Shown one piece after another: positions 51,467 to 60,069 of a stretch of DNA of 64,000 nt. Numbering within the stretch: position 1 is the stretch's first letter; every line of letters begins with the position of its first letter. Source of the stretch: Chloroflexota bacterium (lineage in GTDB: Bacteria; Chloroflexota; UBA6077; CF-72); assembly GCA_016191465.1 (NCBI GenBank), contig JACPOP010000008.1, forward strand, positions 303,571-367,570, given 5' to 3'. The translations under genes were made by a program, and so were the position numbers. The notes under the pieces are model-generated. The model saw nothing but the letters and a program-made list of their open reading frames with translations, was not told the DNA's origin and searched no databases.

Positions 51467-52849
51467 TCACGGCGGGCCGGCCAGCGCAGGCGACGCCCAC
51501 CGGTAGAGGGTGAGGACGTTCAGCACCACAAGCGCCGCGGCGGTGCCGAGCGCGACGGGCCCGCCGTACCGTCCGCCCAGTCGCGCCCAGCCGAGGACGG
51601 CGAACCCGGCGAGGCCGGCACCCGCGGGGAACAGGTAGCGGCCCTGCGCCTGGATATAGGTCAGGTTGTAGTACCCGAGCGCCGCGAGCATGCCCACCAC
51701 GGTGGCAGCGGTCACAAACCACGGCGCCAGATGCAGGAGTCGCCCACGCCCGGTGCCGATGGCCGCCCACACCAGGCCAACACAGCCGGCGATGGCAAAG
51801 GCGCCCCACACCCCGTACAGCCGATCGTCCACCGGGAATGCCATCCAGCCGAACTGGGCCCAGAAGCTGTGGAACGTAGTGGCGGCGAGGTAGGACAGGT
51901 GCTCAAACGTGAACCCGGGGAAGCGGGCCTGCTCGGCCACCACCAGGTCGTGCCGTCGGCTGGCGAGTGGATCGTTCCAGCCGTACGTCAGCGCATTCCG
52001 CACCAGCCAGGGGAGCCACGCCCCGACGGCGATGCCCACGACGGTTCCCGACGCCCGCACCGCCGCACCACGGCCGCCGATGCGCGAGGCGCCCCACGCC
52101 GCGGCCGTGGTGCCGATTGGCAGAAACACCAGCAGCGTCAGCTTGGTCAGGAGGCCCGCGCCAAGCACCACGCCAAGCACAAGCGCCAGCCGCCGGGGAC
52201 GGGCGGAGCGGACGGCCAGGAGTGAGACCCACGTGGCCACCGTGGCGAGCAGGTTCGCGAGCGCGTCGTTAGTGAGCGCCGCGGACATGGCCGTGAACAT
52301 GGGGATACCTACCAGGGTGGTCGGAAGGGCTACCGCGCGCCAGTCGGCGGCACCAAAGAGCGCGCGGCCAACCCCATACGCCGCCACAAGCGTGCCGGCA
52401 CCAAGCAGCACGTCCAGGAAACGCAGCCACGCCAGGCGCGCCGCGGGCGGAGCGGCAGCGTACACCGGCGCCGCCAGCACGTAGTACAGCGGCGGCTGCC
52501 AGGACTCGTAGCGGATCGCGTCGATCGACTCGGTAGGCGGAAAGCGCGTGCTCTTCAGCCGTTCAAGGAGTGCCCCATCCCAGTCACCAGCTTGCAGCAC
52601 GGGCAGCGAGCCGGTTTCCGCCACCTGGCGGACATAGTTGAAGTGCGCCGGCTCGTCCGGGTTATCCCAGGCGCGGGTCGCGGCCTGGTAGCCGCTCGCC
52701 AGCGCCAGGTACGTGAGTAGAAGCGTGGTGAGGGCAATGACATGGCTGCGCGGGGCGACGCGGGTCGCCCCACGCCCATCGAGCGCGGCCTCGCCGGACG
52801 CGGGGCGGGGAGCTCGCACAACGTGCTGGCCAGGAACAGGAGCCGCCAC
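51467..52849 (-). CDS. GT-C fold membrane glycosyltransferase (GT39/ArnT/DUF2142-like)
   Basis: PDEPAHFNYV, YESWQPPLYY, TNDALA, LLTK, SFWAQFGW and QGRYLFP in a polytopic protein. Start uncertain. Confidence 0.75.
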   Translation of the reverse strand: MAAPVPGQHVVRAPRPASGEAALDGRGATRVAPRSHVIALTTLLLTYLALASGYQAATRAWDNPDEPAHFNYVRQVAETGSLPVLQAGDWDGALLERLKSTRFPPTESIDAIRYESWQPPLYYVLAAPVYAAAPPAARLAWLRFLDVLLGAGTLVAAYGVGRALFGAADWRAVALPTTLVGIPMFTAMSAALTNDALANLLATVATWVSLLAVRSARPRRLALVLGVVLGAGLLTKLTLLVFLPIGTTAAAWGASRIGGRGAAVRASGTVVGIAVGAWLPWLVRNALTYGWNDPLASRRHDLVVAEQARFPGFTFEHLSYLAATTFHSFWAQFGWMAFPVDDRLYGVWGAFAIAGCVGLVWAAIGTGRGRLLHLAPWFVTAATVVGMLAALGYYNLTYIQAQGRYLFPAGAGLAGFAVLGWARLGGRYGGPVALGTAAALVVLNVLTLYRWASPALAGPP

Positions 52850-52890
52850 GGCTCAGCGGGAACGGATACCCGGGCTGTCGGTGACGATCG

Positions 52891-54561
52891 TCAGGGCTCG
52901 TCGGCCGGCAGTGGGTCCAGCTTGCGAAACAGTGGCGAAGGAGCCGGCAGCCGCCGTCCACCCGGGACTGCCTCGATAACCCAGCCACGCTCCTCGATGC
53001 TGTCCTCCCATCCGAGCAGCGCGTGCAGCCGTGCCGAGGTATGGGGCAGGAACGGCGCCAGCAGCAGCTTGAGCGCGTTGAGCAGGTCAACCAGCGTGCC
53101 CATGACCGCCTCGGACGCGGCGCGGTCCTCCTTGACAAGCCTCCAGGGAGCACGGCGATCAAACCACTCGTTGCCGAACCGGGCCAGCGCCATCGCCTCG
53201 CGGAGTGCCTCTCGCGGATGCACGCCATCCAGCGCGGCCTCGATCTTCTCCGCCGCGGACGCGATCGCCGCTGCCACTTCAGGATCGGTGGTGTGCACCG
53301 CCACGTCGCCCCCAAAGCCACGCTGCAGGAAGGTCAAGGTCCGGTGGACGAGGTTCCCCCAGGCAGCCACCAGCTCATCGTTGTTGCGGCGAATAAAATC
53401 CTCGTGCGAGAAGCTGGTGTCGGCACCCTCGGGTGCATTCGAGATCAGGTAGAAGCGGATTGCGTCTGGATCATAGGCGTCGAGCAACTGGGGCACCGTA
53501 GTGCCGACACCGGCGCTTTTCGACGCCTTCTGTCCGCCGACGTTCATGTATTCGTTGGCGGGAACGTCGTACGGCAGGATCGTGTCGCCCCGAGCCAACA
53601 GGATGGCGGGCCAGATCACCGTGTGGAACGGGATGTTGTCCTTGCCAATGAAGTAGTACTGCCGCGCTTCCGCATTCTGCCACCAGCGTTGCCAGGCGTC
53701 CGGTTCTCCGCGCGCCTTCGCCCACTCGATCGACGCAGAGAGGTAACCCGTGACCGCCTCGATCCACACGTAGATCCGCTTGCTCTCCCAACCCGGCTGA
53801 TGCTGGATCTCGTCCGGCAGCGGCACACCCCACAGCAGATCGCGCGTGACGGCCCGTGGTTGGAGCCCGCCCGAGATGAAGTTCTCGGTGAATCGCAGCA
53901 CGTTCGGCCGCCAGTGCCGCTGCTGGCGGACCCAGCCCAGCAACCGCTCCTCGTATTGAGGAAGATCGATGTAGTAGTGCTCGGTCTGGCGCTTCTCCAG
54001 CACCGCGTCGGGGCTGAGCCGCGAACGGGGGCCGATTAGGTCGTCCGGCTCGAGCAGCTTGCCGCAGTTTTCGCACTGGTTGCCGCGCGCTCGCGGGTAG
54101 TGGCAGTGCGGACATTCCCCTTCAATGTACGTATCCGGTAGAAACCGTTGGGCCACGGGGTCGTAGAAGCCCACCGAGCGCTCGCGAAACAACGCGCCGT
54201 TGCGCAGCAAGAGGCGGAACTCCGCCTGCGAGACGTCCCGGTGGTTGTCCGTCATGGTGCTGGTGTAAAGGTCGTAGCGCACCCCCAGGGCCTGCCAGTA
54301 GCCCAGGAACTCCTGGTGGAACCGCTCCGCCACCTCGCGGGGGGTGGTGCCCTCCTGCTCGGCGCGCAGCGTGACGGGCGTTCCGTGGGCATCCGAGCCG
54401 GAGACCATCAGCACGTCGTTCCCGCGCAGCCGCTGGTATCGCGCAAACACGTCCGCTGGCACGTACACGCCAGCCAGGTGGCCCACGTGGAGCGAGCCGT
54501 TCACATACGGCCAGGCGGTGCAAACGAGGATCGGGCGGGAAGGCGTGGAGGGGAAGGTCAC
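52891..54561 (-). CDS. metG: Methionine--tRNA ligase, short form without C-terminal tRNA-binding domain
   Basis: AWPYVNGSLHVGH, SGSDAHGTP, CPHC/CENC zinc knuckle, IYVWIEA, GKDNIPFH and KASKS. Start moved to GTG 54561. Confidence 0.95.
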   Translation of the reverse strand: MTFPSTPSRPILVCTAWPYVNGSLHVGHLAGVYVPADVFARYQRLRGNDVLMVSGSDAHGTPVTLRAEQEGTTPREVAERFHQEFLGYWQALGVRYDLYTSTMTDNHRDVSQAEFRLLLRNGALFRERSVGFYDPVAQRFLPDTYIEGECPHCHYPRARGNQCENCGKLLEPDDLIGPRSRLSPDAVLEKRQTEHYYIDLPQYEERLLGWVRQQRHWRPNVLRFTENFISGGLQPRAVTRDLLWGVPLPDEIQHQPGWESKRIYVWIEAVTGYLSASIEWAKARGEPDAWQRWWQNAEARQYYFIGKDNIPFHTVIWPAILLARGDTILPYDVPANEYMNVGGQKASKSAGVGTTVPQLLDAYDPDAIRFYLISNAPEGADTSFSHEDFIRRNNDELVAAWGNLVHRTLTFLQRGFGGDVAVHTTDPEVAAAIASAAEKIEAALDGVHPREALREAMALARFGNEWFDRRAPWRLVKEDRAASEAVMGTLVDLLNALKLLLAPFLPHTSARLHALLGWEDSIEERGWVIEAVPGGRRLPAPSPLFRKLDPLPADEP

Positions 54562-54605
54562 GGTCGACGGTCGAGCCGCACGCGTACCAGGGAGGGGAGA
54601 GTGAC

Positions 54606-54661
54606 GAGTTCCGAGTTTCAAGTTCCAAGTTCCAAGTTCCAAGTTCCAAGTTTGGAGTTGT
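54606..54661 (+). repeat. Heptamer tandem tract (AAGTTCC)n, about 8 units
   Basis: gagttcc gagtttc aagttcc x4 aagtttg gagttgt. Confidence 0.92.
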
Positions 54662-54665
54662 CGGG

Positions 54666-54742
54666 TGTCCTCCGGAGGCCGCGGCCGAACGATCCGACCC
54701 CGTGCGTGGCAGACGGATCCTTCGCTTCGCTCAAGGATGACA
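54666..54742. repeat. REP-like doublet, copy E, between the heptamer tracts
   Basis: Right arm ggatccttcgcttcgctcaaggatgaca; degenerate left arm tgtcctccggaggccgcggccgaacgatcc. Confidence 0.65.
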
Positions 54743-54760
54743 CGGATACGTCGTCTCCTT

Positions 54761-54802
54761 GGAACTTGGAACTTGAAACTTGAAACTTGGAACTTGGAAC
54801 TC
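54761..54802 (-). repeat. Heptamer tandem tract (GGAACTT)n, 6 units, inverted relative to 54606-54661
   Basis: ggaactt x2 gaaactt x2 ggaactt ggaactc. Confidence 0.92.
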
Positions 54803-55013
54803 GGAATCACAGCTCCGCAACGGCAGGCGGTGCGTGATTCCACCGTGATGGGGAATGACCGGAATGCGGTCCTATGATCGGCCCGCTGCTTCGGGCTCGG
54901 GTGTTGGCATCCGGCGCCAGGCGAGCGTGTCGGGCGACGCCTGGCTGGACCTTCGGCCGGCTCAGGCGTTGGCGTGACCAATCTGGAACAGGAAGCCCTG
55001 AGGAATTCTCCGA

Positions 55014-56222
55014 GTGAGGTACTACGCTCTCGTCCGCGGCATTGGAGCCGCTGCTCTGCTCGCTTCGAGCGTCTTTGCGCCGGCCCTGAAAGCCCAGGAG
55101 GCGCCCGAGGTGCCAGTTGCCGAGGACGTCGCGGCCATTCCGGAGGCTGCTGCACCGGCCCTGCGTGCGCTGCGGGCGCCGCTTCCCTCGGACGTCATCG
55201 CCCGCTCGAAGTACGGCATGAGCGTCTTTGTTTGGAACAATCCCGCCACCACCCAGCGCGACCTGGACACCCTGCGCACCGCCGGTGTGGGCTGGCAGAA
55301 GACGCTCTTCCAGTGGCGCGAGATCGAAGGGAAGGGCAAGTACCAGTTCGACTGGCGCGAGTCGGACCGCATCGTCGAGGCATCGAACAAAGCTGGCGTG
55401 AAGGTCCTGGCGCGGATTGACTTCTCGCCGGCGTGGACGCGCCAGAAGGGCGAGTGGCGCAATGCCCGCCCAGATACCTTCCAGGACTTCGCCGACTTCC
55501 TCCGCGTCTTCGCCGACCGCTACAAGGCCGGGTCTGCCCACGGCCGCGTGGACGCCATCGAGATCTGGAACGAGCCAAACCTCGAGCGCGAATGGGGCGA
55601 GCCCATCAGCCAGCAGAGCGCCGCCAACTACGTCCAGATGCTCAAGCTCGCGTATCAGACGGTGAAGCGCGTCGATCCAAGCATCCTGATCGTGACCGCG
55701 GGCCTCAGCCCCACGGGCTGGGACGACGCCACGGCCCGCCCAGACGACCGCTACTTGCAGTGGATGTTCGACGCGGGCATGAAGGGCTATTACGACGTGC
55801 TCGGCGTACACGGCAATGGCCAGGCACCCGACCCAGTCGCGGAGCCCGGTTCACTGGAAGGCTTTGCCGACGCCTCGTTCTACTTCCGCCGCGTGGAGCA
55901 GCTTCGGGCGATCCAGGAGCGCAATGGCGATAGCAGGCCCATGTGGATGCTGGAGTTTGGCTGGACTAGCGACACGGTCAATCCTCGGTACTCGTGGTTC
56001 GCGGTGACTGAGGAGAAGAAGGCGGAGAACTTGATCACCGCCATCAACTACGCCCGCGCGAACTGGCCCTGGATGGACGTGATGACCATCTGGACGTTGC
56101 CCGACCCCACCTGGGGCGAGGACCGGGAGGAGTACTGGTGGGCGCTTGCCAACCGCGACGGCACGCCGCGCCCGGCACTGGACCGCTTAATCGACGCGGC
56201 GCAGGGCGGTCAGCTTCCGTAG
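55014..56222 (+). CDS. Secreted clan GH-A glycoside hydrolase (GH5/GH39-like)
   Basis: Signal peptide, FQWREIE, EIWNEPN (acid/base) and MWMLEFGW (nucleophile). Confidence 0.8.
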   Translation: MRYYALVRGIGAAALLASSVFAPALKAQEAPEVPVAEDVAAIPEAAAPALRALRAPLPSDVIARSKYGMSVFVWNNPATTQRDLDTLRTAGVGWQKTLFQWREIEGKGKYQFDWRESDRIVEASNKAGVKVLARIDFSPAWTRQKGEWRNARPDTFQDFADFLRVFADRYKAGSAHGRVDAIEIWNEPNLEREWGEPISQQSAANYVQMLKLAYQTVKRVDPSILIVTAGLSPTGWDDATARPDDRYLQWMFDAGMKGYYDVLGVHGNGQAPDPVAEPGSLEGFADASFYFRRVEQLRAIQERNGDSRPMWMLEFGWTSDTVNPRYSWFAVTEEKKAENLITAINYARANWPWMDVMTIWTLPDPTWGEDREEYWWALANRDGTPRPALDRLIDAAQGGQLP

Positions 56223-56425
56223 CGGGTCAGTGATAGCGCTGTACCCCCGAAGCAGCTCAAGGATTGCTGGCTGGTGAGCTCGTTCGTCGCAGGCCGTGGG
56301 TGCCGTGCGCTACGATCCCGGATGCGTGGGGGGGCAAGGGCATCGATGCGTCGAAGCGCAAACCGATGAGGAGGGATGTCCCTTCTTGCTCAGACGCTGC
56401 CGCGCTGCGCCCGGGGTGAGTTGAC

Positions 56426-57952
56426 GTGGACATCTTGATCGGCAGCCTCTTCGCCGTCCTTGAGCCGAGCACGTTCGGTTTGATGCTGGTGGGCATCGCC
56501 ATCGGCTTCGTAGTTGGCATCCTCCCAGGCCTGGGCGGGGCAGTCACACTGGCACTGATGCTGCCGTTCACCTACTCCATGTCGCCGGTTACGGCGTTTG
56601 CCTTCCTCCTGGGGATGCACTCCGTGACCGCCACCACCGGCGACATTACGTCGGTGCTCTTCGGCATCCCGGGCGAGGCCACCACGGCGGCGACCGTCTT
56701 CGACGGCTACCCGATGACACGCCGTGGCGAGGCCGGACGAGCGTTGGGGGCTGTGCTTTTCAGCTCGCTCGTGGGCGCGGTCTTCGGCGCCTTCGTGCTG
56801 GCCATCTCGGTCCCCGTAATCCGGCCCATCGTGCTGGCGTTCGGACCGCCCGAGTTCTTCATGCTGACCGTCCTCGGATTGAGCTTCGTCATCTCGCTGG
56901 CTCGGCGGAACGTGCTGAAGGGCTTCATCATGGCGGGCCTCGGCTTTTTCCTGGCCATGGTCGGCTTGGACCCGCAGGCCGGGATCCCCCGCTACACCTT
57001 CGGCCAGTTGTACCTCTGGGAGGGGATCAACCTGGTGCCGGTAGTGGTGGGCCTCTTCGGCATGGCGGAGGTGCTGCAGCTTATGATGACCAAGAGCAGC
57101 ATCGCCTCGGCCGAGCAGCGCAGCGTGGGCCGCATCACCGGCGTCATGCAGGGCGTCCGCGACACCTTCACCCACTGGTGGCTGACTCTCCGCTGTAGCG
57201 CCATTGGCGTGGCGATCGGCCTGATCCCTGGGATGGGCGGCGCCGTGTCGCAGTTCATCGCCTATGCCCACGCGCAGCAGACATCCCGCCATCCCGAGGA
57301 GTTCGGTAAGGGCAGCATCGAGGGTGTGCTTGCAGCCGGGTCCGTGAACAACGCCAAGGAGGGCGGCGCTCTCATCCCAACGCTGGCGTTCGGGATTCCC
57401 GCGGGCACGGCGATGGCCATCCTGCTGAGCGCGTTCCTGGTCACCGGCCTGGTCCCGGGACCAGACATGCTGGGCAAGAACCTGAACGTCACCTACGCCA
57501 TGGTGTGGACCATCGTGATTGCCAACGTCATCACCGTGGCGGTGTCGTTCCTGTTCCTGCAGCAATTGGCGCGCATCACGTTCGTCAAGGGTTCGCTGCT
57601 GGTGCCCTTCCTCCTGGTGCTGCTGGCACTCGGTGCCTACACCGCCAACAACAGCTTCGCGGACATCCTGGTAATGCTGGTGTTCGGCGCAATCGGCGTC
57701 GGCGCCATCCGCTTCAACTGGCCGCGCGCCCCATTGCTGCTGGCGATGGTGCTGGGCGACACGACCGAACGGTACCTGTTCCTCTCGTACTCGCTCTTCC
57801 AGTGGTCCTGGGTCACGCGGCCGCTGGTGCTGCTGCTGGCCGTGGTGACGCTGCTGGGCGTGTTCTGGCCGCTCATCGCGCGCCTGCGGGCCGGACGGGG
57901 CCAGCCTGGCCGTGGCAGCGCACCGTCCGTGCGGGCGGCCCGTGTCGGGTAG
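56426..57952 (+). CDS. tctA: Tripartite tricarboxylate transporter large permease
   Basis: GILPGLGG, LFGIPGEATTAATVFDGYPM, GLIPGMGG, NNAKEGGALIPTLAFGIP and PLLLAMVLG. Confidence 0.92.
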   Translation: MDILIGSLFAVLEPSTFGLMLVGIAIGFVVGILPGLGGAVTLALMLPFTYSMSPVTAFAFLLGMHSVTATTGDITSVLFGIPGEATTAATVFDGYPMTRRGEAGRALGAVLFSSLVGAVFGAFVLAISVPVIRPIVLAFGPPEFFMLTVLGLSFVISLARRNVLKGFIMAGLGFFLAMVGLDPQAGIPRYTFGQLYLWEGINLVPVVVGLFGMAEVLQLMMTKSSIASAEQRSVGRITGVMQGVRDTFTHWWLTLRCSAIGVAIGLIPGMGGAVSQFIAYAHAQQTSRHPEEFGKGSIEGVLAAGSVNNAKEGGALIPTLAFGIPAGTAMAILLSAFLVTGLVPGPDMLGKNLNVTYAMVWTIVIANVITVAVSFLFLQQLARITFVKGSLLVPFLLVLLALGAYTANNSFADILVMLVFGAIGVGAIRFNWPRAPLLLAMVLGDTTERYLFLSYSLFQWSWVTRPLVLLLAVVTLLGVFWPLIARLRAGRGQPGRGSAPSVRAARVG

Positions 57953-58520
57953 CGCTCGGCGCTTCCGCGCGCCGAGCGCGGACCTCGTCGTCCTGCTCGT
58001 CCTGCTGGTCCTGTTCGGGATGGCCTTTGTCCAGGCACGGGCGTGGCCGTTCAGGACTGCGCTGTTCCCCACCGGTACCGCCATCTTCGTGGTGGCCATC
58101 ATCCTGCTCAAGCTGCTCCTGGACGCGCGAAGCGCGGGCCGCGCCCGGGCGGTTCTGGCCGCGCCGCCCATCTTGCCGCTCCCCCCCACCGTGGGCGGGG
58201 ACGCCGCAAGCGCGGCGCTCATCGAAGAGGAGGCCGCGACGGAGGCTGAAGCGGAGGACGTCTTTAGCACGACCTCCCGTAGCGTCTGGCTGCGGAGCCT
58301 GGCGTGGCTGGGGGGCTTCTTCGTCCTGGTGTGGGCCGCCGGGCTGCTGGTGGCGATCCCGATCTTCGCCTTCGCGTACCTCGTCGTCGAGTCACGCGAG
58401 CGCCGCCTGACGGCCGCCATCTATGCCGTCGTATCCTGGGTCGTCATCTACGGCCTGTTCGATCAACTGCTGCGTATTCAGCTCCCCAGCAGCGCCGTGC
58501 TGGGCTTGGCCGGTCAATGA
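57942..58520 (+). CDS. tctB: Tripartite tricarboxylate transporter small permease
   Basis: Four-TM small protein (ALFP, LFDQLLRIQLP) overlapping the tctA stop. Confidence 0.75.
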   Translation: MSGSARRFRAPSADLVVLLVLLVLFGMAFVQARAWPFRTALFPTGTAIFVVAIILLKLLLDARSAGRARAVLAAPPILPLPPTVGGDAASAALIEEEAATEAEAEDVFSTTSRSVWLRSLAWLGGFFVLVWAAGLLVAIPIFAFAYLVVESRERRLTAAIYAVVSWVVIYGLFDQLLRIQLPSSAVLGLAGQ

Positions 58521-58567
58521 CCGATCGAGCGACGCCCGCGCATCTACTCCGGTCCGGAGGTTTCCCC

Positions 58568-59809
58568 GTGCGACTTTTCCCGCGGATATTCGCCCTGTTC
58601 ATCGTGCTGCTCGCCGCGGCCTGTCAGCCCAACGCGCCGGCTGCAACACCCACGTCGGCCCCGGCTCCGAAGCCGACCGCGGCGCCCACGGCCGCGCCGG
58701 CCGCCGCGGCCGCCGCTTCTCCCGCCGCGAGTCCCGCGGCTGCTTCTCCGGCCTCGCCGAGCCCGGCGTCAGCCCCGGCCGCGAGCCCCGTTGCTTCGCC
58801 CAGCCCGGCCGCCGCGGGCGCTGCGCCCAAGCCCCTTCAGAAGCCAAACTTCGATGAGCAGGCCGTAGCCACGTTCTACCGCGGCAAGACCGTTACGATC
58901 GTGGTCGGCTACACCCCTGGCGGCGGCTACGACGAGTACGCACGCTTCCTGTCTCGCTCGATTGGCCGCTACATCCCCGGCAACCCCACCATCATCGTCC
59001 AAAACCAGCCTGGTGCCGGCAGCATGCTGGCGGCCAATACGCTCTTCAACGCGTCGCCGAAGGATGGGACCGTGTTCGGCACCTTTGCCCGAGGTCTGCC
59101 CGCGGAGGAGCTGCTGGGCTCGGAAGGGGTCCAGTACAAGTCGGCTCAGTTCAACTGGATCGGCAGCATGAACGACGAGGTCAGCATCTGCATCGCCCGT
59201 ACGGACGCGCCGGTCAAGAAGTTCGAAGACCTGTACACGATGCCACTGAAGATCGGCGGTACCGGACCCGGCGCCGACACGGACTTCTTCCCAAAGTTTC
59301 TGAATGGCCTGCTCGGCACCAAGTTCGATCTCGCAACCGGGTACCCGGGCGGCAATGACATTAACGTGGCGATGGAGCGGGGCGAAGTCCAGGGCCGCTG
59401 CGGCTTCTCGTACTCGTCGCTCATTTCCACCCGACCGCAGTGGATCACCGACAAGTTCATCACCATCCTGGTCCAGATGTCGTTGAACAAGCATCCGGAC
59501 CTGCCGAGCGTGCCGCTTGTCACGGACCTGGCGCGCAACGCCGAGGAGCGGCAGCTCATGCGCGTGGTGTTCTCTCGACAGACGATGGGCCGTCCGTTCG
59601 CGGCGCCGCCCGGCGTCCCGGCCGATCGCGTCGCCGCCCTGCGCTACGCGTTCGATCAGACGATGCGCGATCCGCAGTTCATGGCCGAAGCGCAGCAGGC
59701 AAAGCTGGAGGTCAACCCCGCTGGCGGGACAGATCTCCAGCAGATCGTGCAGGACGTCCTGGCGACTCCCCCAGACCTGGCCCGAAAGCTCGCGGACCTG
59801 GTGAAGTGA
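58568..59809 (+). CDS. tctC: TctC/Bug-family substrate-binding lipoprotein with a Pro/Ala/Ser/Thr-rich tether
   Basis: GGAGG SD at 58556-58560, lipobox AAAC, VGYTPGGGYD, VQNQPGAGS, GYPGG, ERGEVQG and RPFAAPPGVPADRVAALR. Confidence 0.88.
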   Translation: MRLFPRIFALFIVLLAAACQPNAPAATPTSAPAPKPTAAPTAAPAAAAAASPAASPAAASPASPSPASAPAASPVASPSPAAAGAAPKPLQKPNFDEQAVATFYRGKTVTIVVGYTPGGGYDEYARFLSRSIGRYIPGNPTIIVQNQPGAGSMLAANTLFNASPKDGTVFGTFARGLPAEELLGSEGVQYKSAQFNWIGSMNDEVSICIARTDAPVKKFEDLYTMPLKIGGTGPGADTDFFPKFLNGLLGTKFDLATGYPGGNDINVAMERGEVQGRCGFSYSSLISTRPQWITDKFITILVQMSLNKHPDLPSVPLVTDLARNAEERQLMRVVFSRQTMGRPFAAPPGVPADRVAALRYAFDQTMRDPQFMAEAQQAKLEVNPAGGTDLQQIVQDVLATPPDLARKLADLVK

Positions 59810-59871
59810 GCGACCCCAGGGCGGGTTTGCCGCGGAACAAGCCGTTCCACCGGCGCGGCCGGCCGAAGTGA

Positions 59872-59956
59872 CCGCGGGCGTCTCGCCCACCCCGCCTGCC
59901 GGTGCCATGCCGAAGCCGTGGGCCGTCCGCCTCCCGGGTCCGCGGGCGTCTCGCCC
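59872..59956. repeat. Two direct copies of the 17-mer ccgcgggcgtctcgccc
   Basis: Identical at 59872-59888 and 59940-59956; each is a short imperfect palindrome, between convergent genes. Confidence 0.7.
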
Positions 59957-60069
59957 GCCCTCGTGCCTCCCTTCCACGCCCGGGAAGTGGAGCGCCGTTT
60001 CACGGTGCAACGGGTGGGTCGTCCAGGAAGGGCGCACGGCGTGCCACTCGCCCCGCGCGCTCCCAGAAT

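Noticed and set aside
54810-55010. T-box riboswitch for metG (minus-strand GGTGGAATCAC)
   Set aside because: The bulge deviates from UGGNACC, the antiterminator helix pairs poorly, and no Stem I motifs, clear AUG specifier loop or U-tailed terminator are present.
52891-55155. 754-aa extended MetG from the ORF track
   Set aside because: The extension translates the heptamer and REP repeats; homology starts near GTG 54561.
56376-56438. Short ORF (MSLLAQTLPRCARGELTWTS) with a strong SD overlapping the tctA start
   Set aside because: No compositional bias typical of a leader peptide, and tctA looks complete from GTG 56426; cannot be distinguished from chance.
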